64,000 nucleotides of DNA from Rhizodiscina lignyota (lineage: Eukaryota). The stretch covers positions 806,001-870,000 of the forward strand of contig ML978131.1 of assembly GCA_010015805.1 (NCBI GenBank). The letters run 5' to 3'. The notes under the pieces are model-generated. The model worked only from the letters and a program-made list of their open reading frames with translations. It did no database searches and was not told the origin of the DNA. Below, piece by piece: positions 24,362 to 36,039 of this stretch. Every line of letters begins with the position of its first letter. Position 1 is the first letter of the stretch. The position numbers were made by a program, and so were the translations under genes.

Positions 24362-27316
24362 ATGTCGGTTTCTCCTAGACCAGCCTCGAAACGCAAGCAT
24401 GTCACTACTGCTTGCGTTTCATGTCGCACGAGCAAAGTGAAGGTACGGGGTCATGATCGAAGCCCAGACTCGCCGTCTTTCACTCATCCAGTGGCAAAGT
24501 AACAAGCTGACATTACTTCCAGTGCGATGGCTTAACCCCTTCATGCTCCAACTGCCTCAGCAAGAACAAAGAATGTCGCTACCAAGTTGGAGATGACAGA
24601 CGCAAGTGAGTTGCTTTCGGCATTGAACTGATGTAGCCGGCCGCAGTCGGCTTTGCCGTCCCACTCGCAATATATGAGTGCGCTGACAAGTCCCAGAGTA
24701 TCGCTGCGCATTGCTGTAGAGTTGCTCTCGCGCCGTGTGAGTCAGCTCGCTCAATTTATCGAGGCAAATGGGCTGCAGATCCCTTCCATGCAGGAGGACG
24801 AGGAGGCAGCGCTGGAAAGGATTCTAATCGCGGCCAAAGTCAATCCCAAGGAGTTGACTGCAGGTCAACACGTCTTTCCAAGCTCGACCGATCCTGAAAA
24901 CAATGCCACAGGGCCTCACATTTTGATGGGGCAGAATTCCGTCGTGGACAGCGCTCAAGGCGGGGTGGTGGCTGATTTTGATTTCGCCGAGGGCCAGCGT
25001 GACCTGGAACCGAATGTTGAAAGTAGTGCCCAAGCGGTGCTAGGCTCAACGCAGAATGCCGCCAGAGTCGTGAGCTCGTCTGGATGGAGCTGGAACTCAA
25101 TCGAAGCGCAGGAGCCGATGTTGGAGTCAAATTACACGTCTCACCCTGCGCCTGCAGTCCAGGACCAGTCGCCGAACGCTTCCGCCTCTCATGGCTCCTT
25201 CAGTGATGCTTTAATCGAGAAGCGTACACCAGAAGGAGGGGATACCAGCGACAGGGAAAGTGTGGAAGAACTTGTCGACCAGCTCTCTGACAGAATGGGT
25301 TCCATGCAGATTGGCGCTGACGGACAAATCCGCTACTATGGACCTACATCGAACTTCAGTTTGATGGACATGCCTTCTACAGACCCTATGCATGTTCATC
25401 GCTCAATCCGCAATGATGGTCAAGAATACTTGGACCGCCTTGAAGTAGGAGCAGAGGTACCCGCTGACCTAGAGAACCATCTGGTCAATCTTTATTTTGC
25501 ATGGCAGGATGCGTCCTTTCACGTCGTGGATCGGGACATGTACGAAAAGGGGAAGCGCAAGTGGCACGTGGACATGCAGGATACTCCATACTATTCTGAG
25601 GCCCTTAGAAATGCCATGTAAGTTGCTGTCAGACTTGCAGGAAAGTCGTCTTAACTGAATCATTAGATGCTCGCTCGGGGCTGCCTTTGAGGCGAAACAT
25701 CACCCAAGTTTCGTCACGTTTCCCAAATCGTTGGCCGATTTCTTCGCCGACAGGGCGAAAGCGCTCCTCGAGATCGAGCTGGATGCCCCATGCGTAGCAA
25801 CAACACAAGCCATGGTGGTTACTAGCTGCCACGACATGGGTTGCACTCGAGATGCTCGGGGCTGGTTGTACAGTGGTATGTTCCAAAGCTATTGCTTCTA
25901 GTACAATATGCTCAAGGATGATAGGAATGGCAATCCGACTTGCATTTGACTTGGCCCTTCACAAGGATATGACTGAATACATAGAGAAGGGTATCATTAC
26001 CCAAGCCGAAGCTGATGTCCGCCGAACGGTTTTCTGGGGGGCATATGTTGTCGATCAGTACGCATCTCCCCAAATGTTCTTCACGGCTTGTCTGACCGAA
26101 ATCAAGAGTCTGGGGATTCCACCTGGGGCGACAATTCCGAATCCCCATGGAAGATATCACTTGTGCGAAACCGGGCGGTAGCTTGAATAGCACCATCAGC
26201 AATCAATGGGTGTCTTATACATCGCCTACGTCTACCCAGACATGCACGCCAGTGTTCGGTTATGTACAGGAAGTAAGCCGACAGCGTGCCCTGCTCTGCC
26301 AGATCATGGCTCCATTAGGATATAATCTGTATGCAACAAGACTTGAACAAGCTGAGCAACCGCTGACACTTTTGCTTTGCAGATATGGCAAATCCGGAAT
26401 TCCACCTGCCATACTGCAGGACTTAAACGCGAAGACAGTTCAGGAACTGTTTAAATGGAAGGACGAGCTTCCAGCAGAGCTACAGATAGCTCTGCAGGTA
26501 GATGTCCAAGAACATACTACGCCGTACCTACCGCATGTCCTATTATTGCAGTAAGTACGACGCTCAAAACCTGAAATCCCACTCACCCGTCGCAGCATGC
26601 ACTTCTATCAAAGCCTAATTCATGCCCATCGCCCGTGGATGTCAAAACATTTCATCCAGCCGCAACCGCCTCAGGGCCCAGGCTCGGAACATGCTCGGCA
26701 GATGTGTGTTGACGCAGCGATCGCGATAGCGAAACTTCTCCAAGTGTACGAGAACAGATACACTTTTCGATTCATGAACATTCAAGGGCCTGCGATTACT
26801 TGCTCGGCAGCATTGTTACTCATCTTTGCTGACATCTCTCACATTGGGCGACCACAAGGTCTCAGTGTAGCACCGTACCTGAGTGTCTGCTTCCGGGCAC
26901 TCGACGAGTTCGGACAGTCTTGGGAAAGTGCAAAACGGGCAAAAGACTTTCTGACGAGGTTGCAACGCCAATGGGAGCTGAAAGCTCGCGCGAAGCGTTA
27001 CGAGCGTCGAAAAACGGACCTTTATAAGACTACTTCCAACAGCACGAGGAAACGACCTTTCAACGAGGCCGACTTTGGTCCAGGTCAAAACGAATTCCAA
27101 GCAACTCAGCCACTGGAAGAGCAGCAATCGGTAGAAGGAATGCAACAGCAGCAAGGGCACCTCCAAAACAGCAATCGTGCTGTCGGGTTTGACCTTGATA
27201 TGGACTTCGACTGGATGTTGGAGGCGGATGTACAAGCTGTGTCGGGAAATTGGGCCCCTGTTCCTTCTTCCAGGACAAATCCTCCCGATTTGATGGGATT
27301 GCTGGGCGAACTCTGA
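24362..27316 (+). CDS. Zn(II)2Cys6 binuclear-cluster transcription factor with a fungal-specific middle homology domain
   Basis: Spliced N-terminus MSVSPRPASKRKHVTTACVSCRTSKVK|CDGLTPSCSNCLSKNKECRY carries all six Cys. Later exons contain YYGPTSNF, LVNLYFAWQ, GMAIRLAFDLALH, RRTVFWGAYVVD and IHAHRPW. Multi-exon; internal boundaries approximate. Confidence 0.93.
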
Positions 27317-27536
27317 GCACCTATCCAACCTTGCGAATATTAATATGGAGATCCGCCCATGGAATCAGTGATCGCAATTTTCGTCCCCCAAGGTCAGCGA
27401 CAACTACTCCCTTCCGGCCGTTGGTGCTGGGAAACAAAATGCAGATGACATCTGGCGCCTCTCTGATGACGTATATTTCAGACTTCAAATTTCTCTAATA
27501 TTTTCGTTGACAAAGAGGCAGCGCCGCACGACATCT

Positions 27537-28681
27537 CTACATCAGCCTTCCCGCGTGAATCCCACCTGTGATCAAGAGGTCATCTGATGTATGATATGCG
27601 CTCGCATCAGAGAGCAGATATACAACAGGAACTTTTAGATCGGTGCGGTCTCCCATCCGTCGCATGGGCGGTTCGTTGTTCATTATATCTCCAAGCCACG
27701 GCATACGATTGCAGAGGTCAAGCGTCATATCCGTCATCATGTAGCTGAGGATGCGTGTGAGCGGACGTTGGCTTGTTAAAATGTTGGGTTCCAACGTTGC
27801 ACTTACCCAGGAGAGACGCTATTCACGCGGATGCCAGTACCTGCTAGCTCTACGCCGAGTGCCTTGGCCAACGAAACAACAGCACCTTTGCTAGAGCAAT
27901 AGTCGCTCGTCGTCTGGCCCTTGCTCGCCACATACGCAGCAATGGAACCGATGAATACCATAGATCCGCCCCGCTTGTTGAACGATGTCGGTTCCTGCTT
28001 CAACATTTGCGCTCCTGCCAGTTGCGCCGAGTAATACGTTCCAAGCGTGTTGACGGCGAAGCAGCGGGCTACTGATTTAGGGTCACGCTTGAAGAAGGGC
28101 TCGTCGGGGCAGATGCCGGCGGCCGTCACCCTGGAACTCCATTCAGTTGTTGCGTTATATCATATGGAAGGGACGATTTTGAGAGATTTACAAGCCATCA
28201 ATGCGCCCGAAATCTAATACAATGCTGTCGAAGGTCGCTTTGAGCACATCATAATCTGTCACATCGCTCCTACCGTTCTCGCGCATCTCGTCAGTACCTC
28301 TGTGCAGTTTGACGATGTTTCTGTAGACCCAACTGACTTGTAAAGTTTACACTTGATGTCGAAATCTTTTTGAAGCTTTTCAAAGTGCTCGTGTGGTTTG
28401 TCTAGCGCGTCAACAATAGCAACGTTCCCGCCCACCTCTGCGATAGCAAAAGCAAAGGCTAGGCCCAGGCCTCGTGCGCCGCCTGTGATAACTATAGTGC
28501 GGCCTTGGAGGGAAATCAGGTCATGTACTGAGCGGCGCAAATATGCGTTAATGTCGTTTGATGGCTGAGAGTCGCTGGTTGTGTGGGCGTCATTTGTCGG
28601 TATGCTGTTGCCGTTGGTGGCTGCTGGAGTACCATCAATTGGTAGAGCAGGGAGATTTGTCACTGGAGTTGCGGTCGACAT
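27537..28681 (-). CDS. Short-chain dehydrogenase/reductase of the sorbose-reductase / arabinitol-mannitol dehydrogenase type
   Basis: Motifs ITGGARGLG, DFGRIDGLVTAAGI, IGSIA, catalytic YCSSK, RVNSVSPGY and LLITGG. Four exons joined by GT-AG introns. Confidence 0.9.
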
Positions 28682-28945
28682 GGCTTATGTGCTCGTGACA
28701 ATGATGATTTTAATGATAGTTTTTCGAGTATCCAGGTTGACACAGCGAGGGGGGATAGGATAGGATACGTGTATTAAGGGAATTGGAATGGACACAGCTG
28801 GGTGTGAATTGTAGAAATAGCAATAATAATGAAAAACATAGATGGCTTTTATGGAAAAGCGCCACGCAGGTACCTTAAGGTATGCACAATGAACAGGGGT
28901 ATTCGTGATCAGCCAGGGGTGCCTCAAAGAGGTTAGACGAGGTGG

Positions 28946-28962
28946 TCGGACCAGAATTCCGA
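28946..28962. promoter_or_regulatory. Putative Zn2Cys6 site TCGGA-ccagaat-TCCGA (CGG-N9-CCG) upstream of the SDR
   Basis: Inverted repeat about 265-281 bp upstream of the ATG; matching copies lie upstream of neighbouring genes. Confidence 0.6.
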
Positions 28963-29495
28963 GGCTTAAATGTGGAGATGCATCATGCCCATTACCCATC
29001 ATCATACCCATTCGGAATCCAGGATGCAAAGTCGTGATAGTCAGCCCTCTTGGAACCCTCGACCTCGGCTTCCGCCTTGATGCCAATAGTTACCCAGCTT
29101 CTTAACGTCCCAAGGATGAAGAGGCAAAATACCGTGGCGTAGCACCGTTGAACGCGCGCGCGGCTGGCATTCCCGCCATGGCGCGACTACGTTTGGATAA
29201 CCCTCCAACGCTCGCGCTCTCTGCCCCAACTCGATTCAAGACCCTACGGATCCCATTGACATTCTGGTCTCGTATGACACTTTGAGCGGAGGTTCACAAA
29301 GCCCGCGCCACTCGCACATAAAAATGCGTTGCGTCTTTGACAGACCATAAATGTAATGAGTTGATTGAGAAAGGAATCTCTCTGTAGAAAGTGGTGGTTT
29401 TATATACACATAGAAAGGGCGCTACTGCTAGCTAACCCCCTCTGACAGTCTTGGCATAGCCGACTTAAGCTACCTTTATAAGCAGTCCTCTATGC

Positions 29496-31450
29496 TCAGA
29501 CTTCATTCGTCGACGTCATATTTGGCCAGATGGTGGCCGCCATTTCGTTCTCTATACGAGCGCGATATGCTTGCTCCGCTTCGCCAGTACGGTCGTGGAA
29601 GACGTGATCCATTTGCTCCAATGTCCGGCCATTTGTCTCGGGAACCACAAACCAGACCCAGATCAAAGCGAGAAGGCAGAACACACAGAAGAATACATAA
29701 GTGCCGAATCCGGTGTTTTGGACGAGCGGGGGCGTAATCAGACCAATGATGAAGTTGTTAAACCAGTTCGACATGGTCGCGAATGCCATGCCCTTCGCGC
29801 GAAGGGAGGCCGGGAAAATCTCAGCGGGCATTGCCCACGGTATCGGGCCCCATGTCGCGCCATACGTGAGCATGAAGAAGAGCAGAAAAGCGACAGAGGT
29901 CCAGGCCGCAGCCTGGTGAGTCGGCCAGCTGTTCTGGAACTTACCCACGAGAACGGCAATGATGAAATGGGCTGTGACCATGCATGCCGCACCGCCGAGC
30001 AGCAGCGGTCGTCTGCCGAACCTGTCCATACCCCATAATGACCAGAAGCATGCTACCATCTGAACAATGTTAAGGACTCCGGACATGTTCAACTGCATCT
30101 CGTAGTCCAGGCCCATTTGTGCAAAAAGGGTTGGTGAGTAGTAGATTAAAGCATTCACGCCGCCAAATTCTACAGTTTCACAAATTAGTGACGGGATACT
30201 TGTAGGATGTAACCTTAAATGGTGGCGAAATCTCGACATACGTTGGAAAAACATGAGCCCAATGCCAACATGGGTTCTCTTCCAAGCACCCTTACGAAAA
30301 CAGTCCGTGTAGGCGACGACGTGGCGCATGATACGGGCCTTGTAGGTATCACTTTGTAATTTCGGGTGCAATTCCTTCTCCAGCGCGCTGCGGTATGCCA
30401 CTTCAGACCGAATTTCGAACCACTCACGCAGGACGCGCTCGTCGGTGGATGGGACGTTGCGAATCTTGCATAGAACTTCTAAAGCTTCGTCATCGCGGCC
30501 TTTAGATGCCAACCAGCGAGGAGAATAAGGGAGAAAAGGAACGCCTATCCCCAGTATCAAAGCTGGTACAATCTAATATCGTATTAGCTTCGGCTTGTTT
30601 CAAAGATGGAGCTGAGAGCTACCTGGATGAGAAAGGGGAGGCGCCATGACCATTCACTGGGAATAAATCGTGTGCCGTAAGTAATATAGAAAGCGATGAC
30701 AATTGCCGTAACAATAGAAAGCTCCTGGAGTACCAGCAGGGTACCGCGGATCTCGGGAGGAGCGATCTCGGAAATATACAGAGGAGCCACCATTGCCAGC
30801 ATGCCAACGCCTATTCCGCCTATGAAGCGAGCAGCGACGAGCATTCCATAATCTTGGGAGGCTGTTTGCAGCGACGAGCCCACAAGAAAAATGATGACAG
30901 CAACCATAATGGACCACTTGCGTGAAATCTTGTCGGCGAGCCAGCCTTGGTTCATTGCTCCCAGAAACGCGCCCAGCTCGATCATGGCTGTGAGTAAGCC
31001 TTTCTTGAAGCCCGAGCCGGCAGCACCAGCAGCAATTTCTGGAAACTGCTTCAGGAACTGTTCCATAACGAGCGTCACGGAAACGACTCCTTGGTCGTAG
31101 CCGAAGAGTGCACCGCCCATTGTCGAGAATGCCGCACAAATTGTGACATATCTATTAGTGAAGAGGCCTTTGAAGCCTGTCTCCGATATTAGCCAATTCG
31201 CCACATCAGCCAGCAGACAAAGCATAGCTAAGGAGAAATGGATTGCACACGCACCTGCCTTGCCATACGTCTCTCGTTCTTCCCATACAGGGCGTTCGGA
31301 ATGGACGGCTTTGGTCTCAGGCTCCTCGAACGCTTCCAGCTGCACGGCGCTAGGGGACTCGATTTTGAGTGCCATGTCGAAGGCGGAACTTGTACCTGGG
31401 GTGGCTGTCTCTACGTTACGTTCGTCGGTGTTGGACAATTCCAAGGGCAT
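29496..31450 (-). CDS. MFS sugar porter (Sugar_tr family)
   Basis: Motifs GGALFGYDQG, ADKISRK, PLYISEIAPPEIRG, WRLPF, PYSPRWL, FFQ(E)FGGVNALIYY, DRFGRRPLLL, WGPIPWAMPAEIFP and VPETNGRTLE. Three introns. Confidence 0.95.
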
Positions 31451-31654
31451 AAAAAACAGAATCGTGCGGATCGCGTTTGGAGCGGCGCAGAAAGTAAGCC
31501 AATCGATAAATTGTGTCCACCAGCTGTACCGCGGTTCTCGTGGAGGCTTATATCTACTGCAGCACACGTGGATTGTGCCAAATCTGGGGTAGTCCCCATA
31601 ATCTGCGGGGTACTCCTAAGCTGAGATGCTGAAGGACGGGGAATGGTTGGCCGA

Positions 31655-31671
31655 TCGGAATTACAGTCCGA
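31655..31671. promoter_or_regulatory. Putative Zn2Cys6 site TCGGA-attacag-TCCGA (CGG-N9-CCG) upstream of the sugar porter
   Basis: Reverse complement TCGGACtgtAATTCCGA matches the SDR-promoter copy TCGGACcagAATTCCGA at 14 of 17 positions; about 205-221 bp upstream of the ATG. Confidence 0.6.
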
Positions 31672-31965
31672 GGGATTAATGATGGCCATGGGCCTCCTTA
31701 GTATCATGGGTATCCTGGACATTTCCGGAAATGAACAGCGTCCGTACAGTCCTCTTCTCCTCTTCCAAGTCCCCGCGTATTCCGCTGGGATAATGAGGTC
31801 GGATTCACTGACAGATATGGGGATTGCCTGGTTCCGCCGATAAGGTCAGAAAACGTAAACAATATTGGCACGAGAACTTTAGCCATGACAGGCTACCACG
31901 CAGGTATTAGAAAACATTGAGCATGACATTCAGCTCCTTGGCTCTCGAATTACAGACATGGTGCA

Positions 31966-33223
31966 TCACGCCACGTCCGGAAAGCCAAAGTCGACACCAA
32001 ATGCCGGATATACATAACGATGTATTTCGTTCCGTTGCTGTACACTATGGACAAAGGCATCAAGATCCTCGAGATCGTCCTTTTCGAGCTTTACCAAATT
32101 CATATTGTCACGAATACGTGAGGGTGACACGGATTTTCCAAGGACCGAACGGCCATGTGCGACTACAAGTCAAACTATCGTCAGCCAAGCTGTCAGATCA
32201 AGCTCGTGGCGAACATGAGAAATGATGGGAGTCGGCATAATTGAGACGTACCATGCCAGCTTAAGAGTATTGTGCTCGCCCCTGTCCCTCTTCTCTTCGC
32301 AATCGTCTTGACAACGTCAAGCTCGATAAGCGGACTTCCGCTGCTCCCCAGTGGACTGTATGCCGTTACATGGATGCCTTTGGCTGTGCAAAAGTCCACT
32401 ATGTCTTGCTGAAGGAGAAGCAGATGGTTCTCAATCTGGTTCACAGCTGGTACGACGCTTACCTTCGGCAGTAGTTCGTTCAGATATTTGACACTGTAAT
32501 TGGCGACGCCGATGGCTTTGACTTTTCCGGTCGTAAGTAGCTTTTCCATGTCCTTGTACGTGTCGACGTGGCTTCGCTCCAAGGTCAAATCCCGAGACCC
32601 ATCAGGAAGTTTGGGAAACTTTTCGTCATTGCCTGGAGAAGAAGTCTAATTAGCTGCAGAGCATCTATGAGTATTTGCAAGTTGCGGCGACAGACACTGC
32701 GCATATGGTTCCACGCCCAACAGCGTTGCAGAATAGTCATGCTATCACTCTGTCCTGAGGACCTGAGCAGGGCAGGAAAGAGCCAAGACATAGTAGGATG
32801 AGCATTGGCTTACCATTCGGATTCATTGCGACTGGCCAATGCATAAGATAAAGGTCAATGTAGTCTAGGCCAAGCGCCTCCAGGCTCATATCAAGATTCA
32901 TCTCTACCCGTGTGTGATAGGTGCACCAAAGCTTTGTCGTGACAAATAGCTCTTCTCGTTTCACCTTCCCGCTCGCAAGAGCGTCGTTGAGGCCTAGACC
33001 AACTTCTGCTTCGTTACCATAGCAGTATGCAGCATCTACATGCCTGTAACCGATATCTAGTGCGTAGGCGACCGCTGCTCGCACTTCACCGGGTTTAGAT
33101 TGCCAAGTACCTTGAAAGGCGTTAGTATTGAGCGGCATATGAGACATTCCGAGACGAACCGAAGCCAAGCGCTGGGATTTGAACTCCATTATTGAGCCTG
33201 AAGTGGCGCGGAACATCGGACAT
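31966..33223 (-). CDS. Aldo-keto reductase (GCY1 / GaaD / LarA-like glycerol-aldose reductase)
   Basis: Motifs FRLNNGVQIPALGFGTWQS, GYRHVDAAYCYGNE, LFVTTKLW, YIDLYLMHWP, FPKLPDGSRD, KAIGVANYS, VNQIENH, AYSPLG and KSVSPSRI; ends PAFGVDFGFPDVA* (TGA 31966-31968). Four exons. Confidence 0.93.
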
Positions 33224-33399
33224 AGTGGCAATGAAAGGATAAGAGACGCAAGTGGACGGATGGTTCCTTCCTGTGATAAAGGTGTGATGAGCGTTGTCTC
33301 CCGGGTGTATACGAGAGTATGAAATATCCAGCAGTCCAAGAGGCCTGTATCTAAGTCCATCTCTCGGATTTAAATCCCAGGTCAGCCGACGCTGATGAA

Positions 33400-33426
33400 T
33401 CGGAATTTGCACTTCGAACGGAAATT
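33400..33426. promoter_or_regulatory. Degenerate CGGAA half-site pair (TCGGAATTTGCACTTCGA...CGGAAATT) upstream of the AKR
   Basis: Contains the TCGGAATT half of the cluster motif about 180 bp upstream of the ATG; spacing and second half are imperfect. Confidence 0.35.
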
Positions 33427-33755
33427 CAAAGCATCTGATGGACTGCGAGCCTGCAAGCAGCTTCTGATTGGCTCCGTGAGTGAAACGTTCCATAATACCT
33501 GGCCATCCAATTACATGTTACTGAGGGAGTTTCGAGCCATCTGCACCTCCAGGAAGAGTGTCAAGATGAGGAGAGTGAGAATTATGGCACGGATGAAAAT
33601 GTCTCGTAAGCTAAAGAGGAACTAGAAGAATAAGATGTGATATATCGAGACTTATTGTCGACTCAACGAGAAGATACCATATGCCATCGCGTCGAGAACG
33701 AGCTGTGCAGAGAAATGCTAAAACCATCATTAAACAAGATATTTCAATATTGAGG

Positions 33756-35523
33756 CTAGATAATGCTTTTCATCTTCTCCACCAGCGAAGGCATTAGACG
33801 GAACCAAGAACGTGGCGCAAGAGAAGCGGCAGCCGCCATCAACAGCAATAGCTTCATTACGGTTGACATGGTCCTCAGCCATCTCTTGAAGGCGAAAAGA
33901 GGCCACAGAGAGCTGCCACCACTCATGTTGAAAGCCGCCCAATCGGGGAAGAAGGTTGCCATCCAGAAGGATCGGGCAAGCCCAGGCCAAGAAGCTGCAT
34001 TGCGACCAAAGTCGCCCATGTACCAGTTTGAGCAATCGCCTGCGAACACGGTGTTCTGCAACCCGCTATGGATCGCGTTGGTTGTACGGTCCTCCGCCGA
34101 TTGTTTCACCTCAATAACGGACGCCCGATGATCAAGCAGCGGTTTGAAGAGTGACTTGATGGCATAATCAACTTGTGTTTCGCACGCAAACAGAGCCGAA
34201 TTATTCGCCGGGAATGTGTTGGGGCCAAAAAGAATGGCGAGATTGGGATAGTTGTGCACGTAGGTCCCGAGATAAGCCTGTGCTCCACGACACTCCTTCC
34301 ACTGATCGTGTAGGGCCATGCCGTTAGCACCGACAATGTGCATCGGTGTTAGGAATTGTGAGACTTGGAAGCCAGTCGCAAGGACAATGATGTCGAAGTC
34401 GTCGCGGATACCGGAAGTGCTCACGATTCCCGTCTCGGTAATCTCCTTGATCCCTTCTGGTAAGAGCTCAACATTCTTTCTGTTCAAAGACTCAAGGTAG
34501 CCAGGGTCAAAAATTCGCCGCTTGCAGCCCAGAGGAAATTTGGGAATTAGCACCTCCCAGTACTTCTTTGGGGTCATTGAACAGATGTATTTGGTCGACT
34601 GCGCTTCCATTTTCTTCCGAGCTTTCACTCCGCTTGGCGTGGGGAAATAGGTGGCTGTTTCATCGTCGGCTTCTAAGAAGATGCGAAGACGAAGTGACCG
34701 CTGCCAAAGAGGAACCCACTTGAAAAGGAACTTATCCAAGGCGTTGTAATAGTGATTAGGGCGCTCGTGGTACCATTGGCCACTGCGAGCATACTGCTTT
34801 ACGAAGGCGACATCTGGCGCAATTGCCGGGACAACTTGAGCAGCGCTGCAGCCATTGCCAATGACCGCCACGCGCTTGCCCTTGTAGCTCACCGAATGGT
34901 TCCAACGTGCTGTGTGGAACATGTCTCCTTTGAAATTTTCCATCCCCGGGAACTTAACGTCTCGCGGGAACGAGATGGCTCCGACGGCAGACACAAACAC
35001 AGAAGCAAACCTCGAATACTCGATTTCAGTTTGAATATCTTTCAGCCTGACTTCCCATTTCGACTTGTCGGCGTGCCACGCAGCACCCACGCATTCGACG
35101 GAGCAGTGAACATGCTTTCGGATGTCAAACTTGTCAACGGTGTCGTCCATATCTGTCCGATGTCACTGTGGCGCACTCATACTGTCTTGGGGTACTGCTT
35201 ACACTGTAGGATTTCGGGTTGCTCGCATAGTTCTCTAGACCAGTTCGGGTTTAGGTTGAAGCTGAAGGAATAGAGTACGGACTTGAGATCACAGCCACTG
35301 GAGTGATATTCTCAGCAGATGCTCGTGCTTTTGGCAATGTCGGGATCCATTCTCACCAGCCCGGATAAGTGTTCGTCCTCCATGTACCCCCGACTCCGTC
35401 GAGCTTCTCGTAAATGGTAAAGTCTTCGAAGCCTAGGCCATGCTTAAGACGATAAGCCATTGCGATTCCGGCTGGGCCTGCGCCAATGATGATGGCATTG
35501 AGCTCCTTCGCGTAAGGCGACAT
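33756..35523 (-). CDS. FAD/NADPH-dependent Baeyer-Villiger-type monooxygenase (class B flavoprotein)
   Basis: Motifs IIGAGPAG, GGTWRTNTYPGCGCD, fingerprint FKGDMFHTARW, second Rossmann VIGNGCSA, GCKR and LATGF; hydrophobic C-terminal tail. Three exons in frame. Confidence 0.92.
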
Positions 35524-35766
35524 GTTTCCTGCTGTGTGCATCGTGCGTTGAGTCTACAATAATCGAGTTCACCCACGAAGAGGATCGAGGCACTGGACTT
35601 TGACGAGCGAACATATGTCTTATTCGAAATAGCAAAGACAGAATCTGAGGCGGACTGCTCTTCCCTCGGTCGCGGCTCTGGAAAGCTCTTCCAGTGGCAT
35701 AGCTCCCGAGCGACACAGGCCGAGATCGCCACGATGGAATGACATGTTTCTGACACTTGGTGGGGA

Positions 35767-35783
35767 TCGCAAGTGAATTCCGA
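35767..35783. promoter_or_regulatory. Putative Zn2Cys6 site TCGCA-agtgaat-TCCGA (1 mismatch) between the monooxygenase and the dehydrogenase pseudogene
   Basis: Same 17-bp geometry; shares GAATTCCGAGG with the SDR copy; about 244-260 bp upstream of the monooxygenase ATG. Confidence 0.5.
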
Positions 35784-36039
35784 GGAAATGGAATTGGTGG
35801 TTGGCTGGGCTTTACTCCGTATGTGTGCACACGTTCGTGCTATCACGTCGTCTCGGAAATCTGCCCCGACACGTGACATGTTAGACAAACTCGGTTAGAT
35901 ACCGTACTTTCCGGCTATACTGAAACAGCGCTAAAGGAAGACGCTAACCATCTCAGGTAGGAAAGTGGATATCTTCCATATGGTTACTTACAGAAGAGTA
36001 GGGCTATGGATGTCTGTGCGCATCTATCGTATTGGTCAC

